Positions 42,091-55,056 of a stretch of DNA of 64,000 bases are shown piece by piece. This DNA is from Octopus vulgaris (taxonomy: Eukaryota). The notes under the pieces were generated by a model that saw only the letters and a program-made list of their open reading frames with translations, did not search any database and was not told the origin of the DNA. A program made the position numbers and the translations under genes. Location: assembly GCA_951406725.2 (NCBI GenBank), contig OX597823.1, positions 40,610,001-40,674,000 of the forward strand, in the 5' to 3' direction. Position 1 is the first letter of the stretch. Every line of letters begins with the position of its first letter.

Positions 42091-42385
42091 ATTATAATTT
42101 TACCATTATTTTCTTTCATGTTTCTTTTTCTCTTAAACTTTTTTCTGGATGTATTTGTTTTGACTTCTACATCTTAAACATGTCTTGATATTCATTAATT
42201 TCACCTTTGCACCCTTTTTTCTCTATTTTCATTCTAATTACTTTCATTTTTTATCCCCCTCTGTTTCATCTCTTTATTCTTTCTTCCGTCTTCTTTCTCT
42301 CTTCAGCCAATCTAGTCTCTTAATAAGTACGTCTGTATGGTTCAAACCTTTTAATGCAAAAATATGCATCGTTCGTCTTAATATT

Positions 42386-42973
42386 CTTTTCTTCCCTAGA
42401 CACAAGGCCCGAATTTTTTGGAGTGGAGGCCAGTCGATTAGATCGACCCCAGTACGCAACTGGTACTTAATTTATCGACCCCGAAAGGATGAAAAGCAGA
42501 GTCAACCTCGGCGGAATTTGAACTCAGAACATTAAGACAGATGAAATACCTATTTCTATTTCTTTACTACCCACAAGGGGCTAGACACAGAGAGGACAAA
42601 CACGGACAGACAAACGGATTAAGTTGATTATATCGACCCCAGTGCGTAACTGGCACTTAATTTATCGACGCCGAAAGGATGAAAAGCAAAGTCGACCTCG
42701 GTGGAATTTGAACTCAGAACGTCACGGCAGACGAAATACCTATTTCTTTACTACCCACAAGGGGCTAAACACAGAGGGGACAAACAAAGACAGACAAACG
42801 GATTAAGTCGATTATATCGAGCCCAGTGCGTAACTGGTGCTTAATTTATCGACCCCGAAAGGATGAAAGGCAAAGTCGACCTCGGCGGAATTTGAACTCA
42901 GAACGTAACGGAAGCCGAAATACTGCTAAGCATTCCGGCCGGCGTGCTAACGTTTCTGCCAGCTCGCCGCCTT
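42386..42973 (-). mobile_element. SINE family A head-to-tail trimer
   Basis: One head (ends 42973), three bodies, tails A, A and B. Flanked by imperfect 18-bp direct repeats at 42368-42385 and 42974-42991. Confidence 0.9.
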
Positions 42974-44845
42974 ATCGTCCGTCTCAGTATTGTCAAACAA
43001 TATGAGACTTTCCTTTCAATATAGTCTCACAATAATATTTACAATATACCCATTTTGAATATTACCATAGGCATCATATATTACCGCTGAACAAATGGTA
43101 ATATATATAAAAAATTATAAAAAACTACGAAGTAAAATTTAGTAAATTTTTCAGCTTTCAAAAGAATCATGCGTTTAGAATAGAAATCTACTTTCTCTTT
43201 CTTGCCACAAAACATACGCGTGCGCGCACAACACTAAACTCAACGACAATTTGCAAGACAATATTTACTGTTCAAAAGCCGTTCAATAATCACACATTTG
43301 TCATATTACTGATATTTTCAAATATCCATTTGTAACATTTTCTTATACCTGCACTTACATTCATGGATGCTTTTATTGCATTTTTGTATTTTATATATTC
43401 ATGTAAAATATATTTAAATCAAAAACAATCAGCACCCACTTTTACGGAAGAGTTGCGTTGCAGAATATATTGCTGCAAGTAGAATTCCGAATCGCATTTT
43501 CCATTCACTTTTATTTAAAAAAGTATATCAACGGAAAATGGGGTTTCACGTTACGGAATTACATGTCGTGGTAAAATTTTTTCGTGCACAAATATCCAGT
43601 AACGCTATGTATGCCTGTGTGTGTGTGCGCGCGCGCGTGTGTGTGTAATTTTGAATGTGGATAAATAGCAATTTTTTTATTTATTTTACTCTGACATTTA
43701 AATTCATAACATAAGTCAATGAGATGACTTAAGAAATATAGACAAGCTGCATAGACACACACTCAGCCATACTTTTATACATGTTTTTGTATATATATAT
43801 ATGTGTGCGTGTATATATATATATATATATATAGACTGATATGCAGAATAAATGCATGCACGTTTGATATCTGTAACATGTAGCTTGAGGCAAGATAGAA
43901 TGCCAATTATATACCCATACAATGAAATTCTAGCAGCAGAATGCAACATAAAAAAGGACATTATTTTCATCCACTGTTGCTCTTTCTCGCTCTCTCTGCT
44001 CCTTTCTTCTCTTTTTTCTTTCTTTCTCTCTTAATTTACTTTCCTTCTGTCTTTCTTTCTTTCTGTCTTTTTTCTTTCTGTATTTGTTTGTTTCTTTCTT
44101 TCTTTCCGTTACTTTCTTTTCCATTTTTTTTTTCAATCAGTTCTGTATCGATTTTAAGTCAGTTATTGTTAAAGCCAGAACATATCTTGGGAACTATTCT
44201 GAAAATGTTAATTTTCATTTCATTTTCTTCGGATTTTTCTGCATTTGTATTCCTTTCTTTTCTTTCTTTTTATATTTCATTTTGAGATTGTGATTTACAA
44301 AACATGAGTACATACATTTTACAGGCGAATGCACATATATTTTACTAATATTTACAACATACATGCTCTCACTCACATGCACTATCTATAAACAAAACAC
44401 ACACACATACACAAACATATACAGACATAAACACAGACATATCCAAAGACATATGCACGCACATACACAGATATATGCACTCACGTGCACGTACACACAA
44501 GGACACACACGCATATGTATATCATATATACATATGTATCGATTAATATTTATATAAGAAGATATTTGGCAACCCTTGCAACTACGCACCTGAGAACCCC
44601 CATAAGAAAACCACTTCCTCATCAAAAAAAGAAAAGAGGTAAAAGAGGTCAATAGTCAAAGAGGAAGAATTATCGGAATGATTATTTGGAAAATAAGTTA
44701 TACAATAATTTGAACTTATTAGAGGTGAATTTGTCACTTCAAGAAATATGGCTGCCTCTTAATCTCTGTGCTGGATAAAAACGTAAACGTTTCAGAAAAT
44801 ATTTGAATGGAGAAGAAACATATTTGAATAAGACAATATGTACAT

Positions 44846-45092
44846 ATTCTTTTATTCTTTCGCTAGTTTTAGTCATTTGACAGCGACCATGCTGGAGCAA
44901 CACCCTAAAGGATTTTGATCGAAGAAATCGATCTATGGATTTATTTCTTAAGCTTAGTGCTTATTCTATCGGCTTCTAAGGCCGAACTGCTAAGTTACGG
45001 GGAAGTGAACATACCCGCATCGGTTTTCGAGCGATGGTGGGGGAGAGGTCAAGCCCAAGCCCAAAGACACACACGCATAAATATACACATAT

Positions 45093-45151
<59 letters not shown>

Positions 45152-45305
45152 CGACAGGCTTCTTTCAGTTTCCGTCTACCCAATGCACTCACTCGTTCGT
45201 GGTCGGCCGGAGGCTATAGTAGATGAAATTTGCCCAAGGTGCCACGTAGTGGGATTTAACCCAGAACCATGTTGGTGGGAAGCAAGCTCCTTACTACACA
45301 GCAAT
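44846..45305 (-). mobile_element. SINE family B, full-length
   Basis: Reverse complement of 29047-29450 with an expanded internal (AC)n(TA)n tract. Confidence 0.85.
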
Positions 45306-45734
45306 GCTTACATCGGTATTTCGTACGCACACATATACTTGCATACACAGGATTTCGAGAAAGCCCACCTTGCATGTAGGTTTTTCTGTAAGGGAGTAAG
45401 TGGATTGAAATATAGATAGTAAAAGCAGATTCACATTCTGTACTTGAGAAAAGTCTTGCATATTTTTACTGTTCCGCTTACAGATTCTATTTGAAATGGG
45501 CTTGTTATCTGATTGATGTTTCTTTCTAAAAATGTAGTTTTTCCAGATTGCATGAATTTGCTTATCGGGCATTTAAGATGATGTACGTATATCCGTGTGT
45601 GCATTTATTAATGAATGTAAACACACACACATACATACACATGGATACACGCATACACACACACTCACACACACACTCATATGTATATGTGAGCTACACG
45701 AGTGCATTTTAAGCCCATATATATGTATATATGT

Positions 45735-45985
45735 GAAGCTGAGTGGCCTAGTGGTAAGGCAGTTGCACTAACGATTGCTTGATCGTGGGTTCGATCCCTG
45801 AGTGGGCGGTGCGTTGTGTTCTTGAGCATCGTTCCAGTTCCCCCGTTTGATCAGGGACGAATGTTAGCCTGCTCGCCTAGCCAGTGGGTAGGAATCGTTT
45901 GAAGGCTACAACAATTCAAATGCGCACTGTGTGACCAGCGATGTGTAACAACATTTGATAGCCTGATAGGTTACGTGATCAAGTG
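45735..45985 (+). mobile_element. SINE family C (tRNA-headed)
   Basis: A-box gtggcctagtggtaagg, B-box gggttcgatccc. The 3' end is shared with 21168-21285. Confidence 0.8.
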
Positions 45986-46110
45986 ATATATATATATATA
46001 TATATATATGTTATACATATATATATATATATATATACATACATATATATATGTGTATATATGTATGTGTATATATATATACATATATATATATGTGTAT
46101 ATATGTATAA

Positions 46111-46156
<46 letters not shown>

Positions 46157-46177
46157 GTATGTATATATGTATGTATG

Positions 46178-46276
<99 letters not shown>

Positions 46277-46309
46277 GTATGTATGTGTATATATATATAT
46301 GTTTGTATG

Positions 46310-46630
46310 TATGAATAAATAAATGAATGGAGTTGAACGAAGATGTTAACAAAATTCCTTTACTCTCGACATATGTTTCGAAGACAACATGGTTTCATTC
46401 CAAATGAATAAACGGTGCAAGATGCAATCTTCTCATCAGTAAAGAAAGGGAGCCTCTATCAACAACAAGACAAACAAAAATTGCGATGACTGCCTACATG
46501 GTAATGAGAAGATTGCATCTTGCACCGTTTATTCCTTTGGAATGAAACCATGTTGTCTTCGAAACATATGTCGAGAGTAAAGGAATTTTGTTAACATCTT
46601 CGTTCAACTCCATTAATTTATTTATTCATA
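46310..46630. repeat. 127-bp inverted repeat (arms 46310-46436 and 46504-46630, 67-bp spacer); inverted Penelope-type terminal repeat
   Basis: Arms are reverse complements with 2 mismatches by eye. Each arm ends in ttt(t)attcata next to TA-rich sequence and carries most of a hammerhead. Confidence 0.92.
46357..46450 (-). ncRNA. Minimal type-I hammerhead ribozyme, intact catalytic core
   Basis: Minus strand: ccctttcttta-CTGATGA(46439-46433)-gaagattgcat...atgttgtcttc-GAAAC(46379-46375)-ATAT-GTC-gagagtaaagg. G10.1-C11.1 pair, palindromic stem III, GUC site, and stem I of about 9 bp with an A.G mismatch at the first pair. Confidence 0.8.
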
Positions 46631-47204
46631 TATAATACACAAATTTCTGCACATGAACCCGGAGATTCTACACTTGGACAGGTCGCTTCATCCGTGTTTC
46701 TGACATGAATTTGCTACCTTGGTATCGGTTCATCGAATTTTCCATGTTGACGGTAAACATAGGATAATTCATTCACCTATGTTTGTATGTATGTATGTAA
46801 ACGAATGAACACCAATGCTAGTTACTTGTTGACCCTGTCCTGTTGTCACGTTTGCTATGTTGAAAGTAAAACTCCTCACCAGGCCTACTAAACGTTTCAG
46901 TTACCAACGATCCAATGATACAACAAATGGCACTGGATTACATCTTAACATTAGTTCTCACTTGTAACGAGACAGATCAGACTGACTTACGCCAAGCGGA
47001 ATCAATGTTATGTGCTCAAAGAATATCTCCAGTTGACGAATATCTCCAATTATTAGTACCTGCCTGCATGAAAACATTGTATGTATTATAAATGATACTC
47101 ACTCTCGTGAGACTAATGTTCTCCTTATTTTTAATAGTACATTGTTTATAATAGCACTTTTATTATATAAATAAATGTATGTGTACACACACTCACTCAC
47201 TCAT

Positions 47205-48091
47205 GTATTGCCGAAATACCGGAGAAATAGGTTGCCAACACATTGAAACTCGTGTATAGTAAAAATAATAATGCCAACAATGTCTTCTGCGCTTATTGCA
47301 TACTAAAATTACATAAAAATATCTTGAAATACTAAAGAGTAAATTTATTCAGTAAAAATCGCCATGGGTTACAACCACAGCTGCCAGACGACTTCGAAAA
47401 CTTCTGCAACTCTTCTGGTCGGTCTCCTTGTTTAAGTTGGTGAATACTGCCATAATCCTTGCCTTCAGTTCATCTTAGGTGTTACAAGGAGTTTTGTTGG
47501 TCTCTCGCCTGAGCCCCACACATAATCAAGGGGGTTGCAGTCTGGGGAGTTAGGTGGCCAGATGTTAGGGGTGATGTGGTCGCAGAAATTGTCTGACAGC
47601 TTCGACTGGGTTCTCCTGCTTGTGTGGTGGCATGGTGATGAGTCCTTTTGCCAGACATAGGGTCTTCTAGAAACCACCCTCTTGACCCATGGCAGCACTA
47701 TCTCCTCAAGGTACTTGATGTAGGCCTCCGTGTTGAGTCTGAGGCCGTGTGGAAAGATGCATGGGAGCATAACGTCGCCATCACTAGTGATCATTCCAAA
47801 CACCATGGTGTTGACTAGATTTTTGATTCTTATCACTCTCGGGACACAGCAAGCCAACGGTTGCTCTGTGTGTTCCCAATATGTTCTTATTGGAACTTCC
47901 GGCGCGAATGCCAAGCAGTAAAGCATGTCGTTTCCAAATTCCTGTCAAGGTGAATTACGTCATGGTGCTGTTTTTACGACAGACGGTGCTCAACTGACCC
48001 TACTATAGTGCGTAGTCGACAAAATCCAAAACAAACAATGCACATGCGCGAGATTAAAGATATAAAATGGCGGCAATTTACCCATCGCACG

Positions 48092-48094
<3 letters not shown>
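47205..48094 (-). mobile_element. maT/DD37D-type (Tc1/mariner superfamily) transposon, internally deleted
   Basis: ORF 47465-47926 contains MVFGMITSDG..P.IFP.GLRLNTEAY...VLPW...YVWQKDSSPCH...WPPNSPDCNPLDYVWG. The element end cagcgtgcgatgggtaaattg at 48094 abuts TA. Confidence 0.85.
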
Positions 48095-48143
<49 letters not shown>

Positions 48144-48243
48144 GTATGTGAGCGTGTTTGCGTATGTGTGTGTGAGTGTTACTCTCTCTATATATGTATG
48201 TATGTGTGCGTGTTTGCGTATGTGTGTGTGAGTGTTTCTCCCC

Positions 48244-48313
<70 letters not shown>

Positions 48314-49284
48314 GAATATATATCTGTGTGCGTGTTTGTTTGTGTAAAGATTTCTATATGAAGAATGTCCTTTTGCCTTTTCAGACTGATACGTTTTGGA
48401 AGTGCATAATAGCGTGAAAGTATTCCTGGAAGTAGAAGAATAAGTAGACCAATGTACTATACTAAAGTGGTTTGAATGCTTAGTTGGCATTTGCCAACTC
48501 TGTGTATTTTAGATACTCTGAAAGTACATTGACCACTTCTATTGGCGTATTATTGTTTCTTACTTTCGTTTAGGCATCTAACAGCTGAAGAGATGTTATC
48601 TTAAACTTTACAGAAAAACGGAAAGACATACATGAAACTCACATACAACGCCCCGCACCCTAGACAGAGACACACAGAGGCACCCACGTAGGAACACAGA
48701 CAATTAATACGGCTTTAATTATAAAATGATAATCTAATTTTATTGACAAATTTGCCGGCTTCTAACAATGAAATTCTACGCTGATATGATTAGGTATATA
48801 AATATGAGTATTCGAATCAAGGAGCTAATGACGATTGTTGTTGGGAGGAAGAGCTTTGAATGGTAACAGTTCTCTGAAGAGAAATCAATTGTCTGTGAGT
48901 GTCAGTCGAAGATTCTAAAGAAAAATCTTTAACTTACTAGTTTTATTAATGCTAAGAGGAATCAATTCCACATGCTCAAGAATCTCTACATTATGGTGTG
49001 GAAATATTTAATATTGGCATTTGTCCAATACTTTCTCCATAATGCTGCTTCGGAAATCTTCATTATTGGAACCATTCCAAGACAAAAAAAAAAAAAGGAA
49101 ACGAAAAAATAAAAATAACTAAAAAGTAAAAGAAAGGAAAAGTAAAAAAAACCTACAGTCCGCTACCACTACATGAAAATGTGTATGACTCTGTGCCCCT
49201 CTTAATATATGAGTAAGTGTAGGTGTGTATACATATATACACATAAATATATATGAGTGTATATATATATATATATATATATGA

Positions 49285-49423
<139 letters not shown>

Positions 49424-49849
49424 CAAATAATATATGTATATGTGTACGTGTGTCCATGAGTGTATATATGTGTGTATACTTGATACAGCTCTTCGATCTA
49501 AGCAAACTACTTGCTGCAATAAGTCTTTTGATTAGAAGTGAGATTCTTGATTCAGTTTGTTGTTTTCACTTTTCTCTTTTTCATGTCAGTCTTTTTTTTT
49601 TTTTTTACTTTGTTTTAGTACGTTTTGCTCCATTTTGCTTTACTATTTTTGTTGTTGTTGTTGTTGTTGTTGTCATCTATTATTTCTGTTCGTTGTGCTA
49701 AAGCTTCATTAATACAGCTAATGAACAAGAAGACTAAGCAAGTATTTGAACAAGGAATTCTCGTTATCCCCCCCCATCACCACCAGAATTGTGTTGCCAC
49801 CATCCTTAACCATCGGGGCTACTATCAACACTACAAACAAACAATACAT

Positions 49850-49857
49850 CCACTACT

Positions 49858-49899
<42 letters not shown>

Positions 49900-50460
49900 G
49901 ACATCAACGATAGGATCACCACCACAACTCCACTGTGACCGTCTCATTCACTACCCATTACCTGCACAACAATCACCATAGCCGACGCCGCCGCCGCCAC
50001 CACCATCATCACCACCACCACCACCAGCACTACTGCCACCGCCACCACCACCATCACCGCCACCGCCTCCGTCGCCGCTGCCGCTGCCGCCGCCGCCATC
50101 GTCGATACTACCATCGCTACCACCACAACCGCCGCCGCCGCCACCATCAAAACCATTATCGCCGCCGCCACCGCAACCACAACCATTATCGCTGCCGCCG
50201 CCACCGCCACGACCACTATCACGACGATAACGACGACGACTGCTGCCATCATCACCATGACTACTACCACCAACATCACCAACCCCATTATCATGACCAT
50301 CACCAACATCCCCACTCTCGCCAGCACCGTCGTCACAACCACCACCACCATCATGACTACCACTTCCGTTGCTGCTGCCACTACTACCATTGTCACAGCT
50401 ACAACTACCACCACCACCACCACCACCACCACTTACAACAACAACAACAACAATAACAAC
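49850..50460. repeat. Cryptically simple GC-rich trinucleotide tract (ATC/ACC/GCC/AAC)
   Basis: Direct reading. It yields poly-H/R/T/V ORFs in several frames. Confidence 0.9.
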
Positions 50461-50752
50461 GTCACTATCGCCTGATTACTTATTCCCTGTCTGTGACTTT
50501 GACATAGAGAACAACTCCCCAAATCTCTCGTCTTGTTAATTTTGGCATTTTCTCTCATTTCTTCATCACTTGATATTTTCTCTCTCGGTGACATACTGAA
50601 CGAGTCAACTCGTCATGATTTTCTTCATAACCATCAGAGATGTCGGTCCCCGTCGGTGACACCCTGGTCATTTTCAACACTGTTCTCGTTATCTTTATCC
50701 TCGTCGTCGTCGTCGTCATCGTCATCAGTCATCATCACCATCACAATATATA

Positions 50753-51178
50753 TATATTTCTTTATTACCCACAAGGGGCTAAACATAGAGGGGACAAACA
50801 AGGACAGACAAACGGATTAAGTCGATTACATCGACCCTAGTGCAAAACTGGTTCTTTATTTATCGACCCCGAAAGGATGAAAGGCAAAGTCGACCTCGGC
50901 GGAATTTGAACTCAGAAGGTAACGGCAGACGATATACCTATTTCTATTACTTTACTACCCACAAGGGGCTAAACACAGAGAGGGCAAACAAGGACAGGCA
51001 AACGGATTAAGTCGATTATATCGACCCCAGTGTGTATCTGGTAGTTAATTTATCGACCCCGAAAGGACGAAAGGCAAAGTTGACCTCAGCGGAATTTGAA
51101 CTCAGAACGTAACGGCAGACGAAATACCGCTAAGCATTTCGCCCATCGTGCTAACGTTTCTGCCAGCTCGCCGCCTTT
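50753..51178 (-). mobile_element. SINE family A head-to-tail dimer, 14-bp TSD
   Basis: catcacaatatata occurs at both 50739-50752 and 51179-51192. One head, two bodies, both with tail A. Confidence 0.92.
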
Positions 51179-51590
51179 CATCACAATATATAGCTTCCTA
51201 TTTTATATCATTCATTGTTATTGTAAATCGGGCTAACAGTCCACGTTTTACACGCTTCTTTCCTTCTATCTTTCTTGCTTTCATTCATTCTCAGATTTCT
51301 CTCTTTAAGTGTCTCGATATTTCTTCACTGAAACAACAGAACATTAAAAAATAACAATGATCTACAAAAACATGGAACGGCACCAGAAGTTAATATTTTG
51401 TTTCAGAGAAACTTCTCAAACTCTGTTTTGAGCGTTAACAAACGTGATTAACACAAAATGGCAACGGCTTCTCCATAAATTTCTTTCCAGTTATAATATT
51501 TCATTTGTTTATTTGGTTATTCGGTAGACAGAAACTATGTGAAAGTCCATCATGTATGTGTTGTATTGAGTTTTGCAACATTTTCGTATC

Positions 51591-52017
51591 TTAAGGCGGT
51601 GAGCTGGCTGAAGCGTTAGCAAGCCGGGCGAAATGCTTAGCGGTATTTCGTCTGCCGTTACGTTCTGAGTTCGAGTTCCACCGAGGTCGACTTTGCCTAT
51701 CATCCTTCTGGGGTCGATATATTAAGTACCAGTTACACACTGGGGTCGATATAATCGACTTAATCCGTTTGTCTGTCCTTGTTTGTCCTCTCTGTGTTTA
51801 GCCCCTTGTGGGCAATAAAGAAATAAGAAACGTTAGCACGCCGGGTGAAAATGCTTAGCGGTATTTCGTTTGACGCTACGTTCTGAGTTCAAATTCCGTC
51901 GAGGTCGACTTTGCCTTTCATCCTTTCGGGATTGATAAATTAAGCACTGCGGTCGATATAATCGACTGAGTCCCCTCCCCCAAAATTTAGGACCTTGTGC
52001 CTAGAGTAGAAAAGAAT
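51591..52017 (+). mobile_element. SINE family A head-to-tail dimer, 11-bp TSD
   Basis: attttcgtatc occurs at both 51580-51590 and 52018-52028. Tail A then tail B. Confidence 0.92.
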
Positions 52018-52179
52018 ATTTTCGTATCCTATTTGCTTTATTGGTCAAGTTACAACAGAAGCAACGTTGCATTTAAAGTAGAAGCCATCGTGTTGCAAGT
52101 TCTTTGATCGCAAGTTGATACCAATGCTTGTTCTTCGAGTCAAAGAACTCATTCGCTAAAGCTTCCACCTCTTATTGGT

Positions 52180-52233
52180 TGATGAAGCGTCGCGAGCACA
52201 AGAAGTGGACCATGGATTGGAACAGTCAATAAT

Positions 52234-52304
<71 letters not shown>

Positions 52305-52750
52305 TGCAATCCTAAGCAGTGATTATGCAAGGGACAACTTCTAGAACCTGTTGTCAAACGGGGGTTTTGAAAACAAAGTGATGCTCTGCGTCCCATGGAA
52401 TTATGAAGGGATAATTCTTTAGGAGATAGTTCCGGATGGTCAAGTACTCAATGCCAACTTATACGCCGAACCCCTGGAGCGGATACAAGCCACTATGCGG
52501 CAAAATACCCGCAGCAAAACGACGCAAGACCTCATACCACTAGAGCGACTCGGAATAAACACCAGGAACTTGAAAGAATCAAACTGATGCCATGTTCGGC
52601 ATATAGTCAGGGCCTATTGTTCCGATCTTCTTGCGTTTGCCATGATTCATCAATTAAGAGGAAATGGAGGCTTCAGTGAAGGAATTTTTCGCCTCGAAGG
52701 ACAAGAAATGTTGCCAGATGGTATCAAAGAACTTTTGCTTTTGTTGTAAG
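52180..52750 (+). mobile_element. mariner (DD34D-type) transposase remnant, interrupted by (TA)n
   Basis: KVMLCVPWNYEGII*E.VPDG...NANLYAEPLER ... QQNDARPHT ... L.P.SAYS ... EASVKEFFASKD. Confidence 0.8.
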
Positions 52751-52826
52751 TTGACGAATAAAACATATAGGTTACAAAACTATTGCAAAACACAATATAC
52801 ATGTGCCCGTGTCCGTGTGCGCGCGC

Positions 52827-52859
<33 letters not shown>

Positions 52860-53073
52860 TGTGTGTGGCTGTAGTTGGTCCTGCGTTGCCTGACAAACGG
52901 CGTTGGTTTGTTTAGGTTCCCGTATCTTAGCAGTTCGGTGCTAAGAGAATGATAGGATAAGTACCACACGTTAAAAATTAAGTACTGGTGTCGATCTCTT
53001 GGACTAAAGCCTTCAAAATGATGCCCCAGCATGGTCGCAGTCAAAATGACTGAAACAAGGAAAAGGTAAAAAG
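52860..53073 (+). mobile_element. SINE family B, 3' half
   Basis: cttagcagttcgg...gataggataagtacc...gactaaa...ccccagcatggtcgcagtcaaaatgactgaaacaag. Confidence 0.8.
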
Positions 53074-53701
53074 TACTCCAGCTTTTTTCAGTTCATGTTT
53101 ACCTTCTTGTGTTACACCTTACGCGCTACATCACTTTTATTTTAAGTCTTATATCAAACCAAATACTTTGACGACTTGTTTAAAATAAAGCTTTAGTCGT
53201 ATCTAAAGGCGGTAACGTGAACCACGGAGTAAGGCCAGTGTAAAATGTCACTCATATGTATGCATGCATGTATGCATGCATGTATGTATGTATGTATGTA
53301 TGTATGTATGTATGTATGTATGTATTATGTATGTATGTATGTATGTATGTATGTGTGTGTGTGTGAGTGTTTGTGTGTATGTATACATGTATGTATGTAT
53401 TTGGGTGTAGATATGTAAGGTGCGCATGTATGTGCATGAATCTGTACATGTATATGCATGTGCATACATTTCTGTGTATGTGTACATGTGTATATGTATA
53501 TATCTATCAGGCAATATGTGTGTGTGTGTGAGTGTGTGTGTGTATTTATATATAGGTATTCATCTGTTTAGTTCTGCTCAATTTCTCCGGATCACTACAT
53601 ATGTGTTTCTGCTTTTACTCCATCAATCTGCTCTTCTCTCCTCTCTCTCTCTCTCTCGCTACTATGCCTCTCTTTCTCGCTCTTCTATCTTTCACCATCT
53701 T

Positions 53702-53752
<51 letters not shown>

Positions 53753-53876
53753 AAGAACAGCCCTTCTGTCAATTATCACTCACTGTTACTGCGCATGCAT
53801 GCACAAATTCAAACAAACACATACCACATCTTCACATGAATGCATCTGTTTATTTACAGATACAATTGTAAACATA

Positions 53877-53959
<83 letters not shown>

Positions 53960-54930
53960 AAGTATGTACTTATGTACTTATGTATGTTTATATATGTATG
54001 TTGTGTGTGCCTCTTTTCTTTTTTCTGACATTTCCAAGTTCTATTCCAGTCTGCAATCACAGTGATAAACATTGCAGTCTTTAAATTGGTTATCACTACA
54101 AACATTCACATATTTCCAAACAGGTCACCCTGATCAAATTCTACCGAAAACCGTTTCTTCTATTTTGTTTTGATGAACGTATTTTGCAAATTTTCTTTTT
54201 CACGCACCCATCTTTTTTCTTTTCTTTCCTCTCCAATTTTGTCTTTTTTTTGATAGGGGTGAGAATTTTGGTAAATTAGGAGAAAGAGTATTTCATGTAC
54301 TTACTTTTTCTCTTCTGGTTCGTCATGTATTTTTTTGGCACATTTTTTTCAACTCGCACAGTTATATGACCGAATGAAGTGAAAAATAAAATAAAATAAA
54401 AATAAAAACGAAACCCCTTCCCCAGAAAAATGTGTGATAAAAATATAGTAAAAACCGAAACATAAGTGTGAAAGTAACGTGTAATGCAAACACACACGCA
54501 CGTTCACAAATAAAATAACTCAATATATACACATAATATAAAAAAATACATTTGTGTTAGAGGTAAAATTATATTTAGCAATATTCATGCCTACCTATCA
54601 GTTTGTCGATATGCATGTGTGCATATTTATTTGCGTACCTGTGAGTGTATGTGCATCTAATCAGAAAAGATTACAGTTGTTTATATGAACGGTCAGTCAT
54701 TTTAACTCTACAAAATCTGGAGCACACGAACAGCAAGGCAAAAGACATCTCTCCCTTACTTAGCTCTCCCCACACTTTGCGTACATGCCCACACATGCCT
54801 ATATATATATATATATATATACCTGTGTGAATATCTATGTGCATAAGCGTGTGTAAAGTATATTAATATATCAAAATAGCAGTACGTTTTTGTATGAATA
54901 CATATAGATAGCTTTATGTACGTGCGAGTA

Positions 54931-55056
<126 letters not shown>

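Noticed and set aside
42386-42973. Regularly spaced repeats resembling a CRISPR array
   Set aside because: The units are ~190-bp SINE bodies with no unique spacers. The context is eukaryotic and no cas genes are present.
49935-50475. His/Arg-, Thr- and Val/Ala-rich ORFs of 160-170 aa
   Set aside because: They are open in several frames and on both strands because of trinucleotide simplicity. No splice signals or domain are present.
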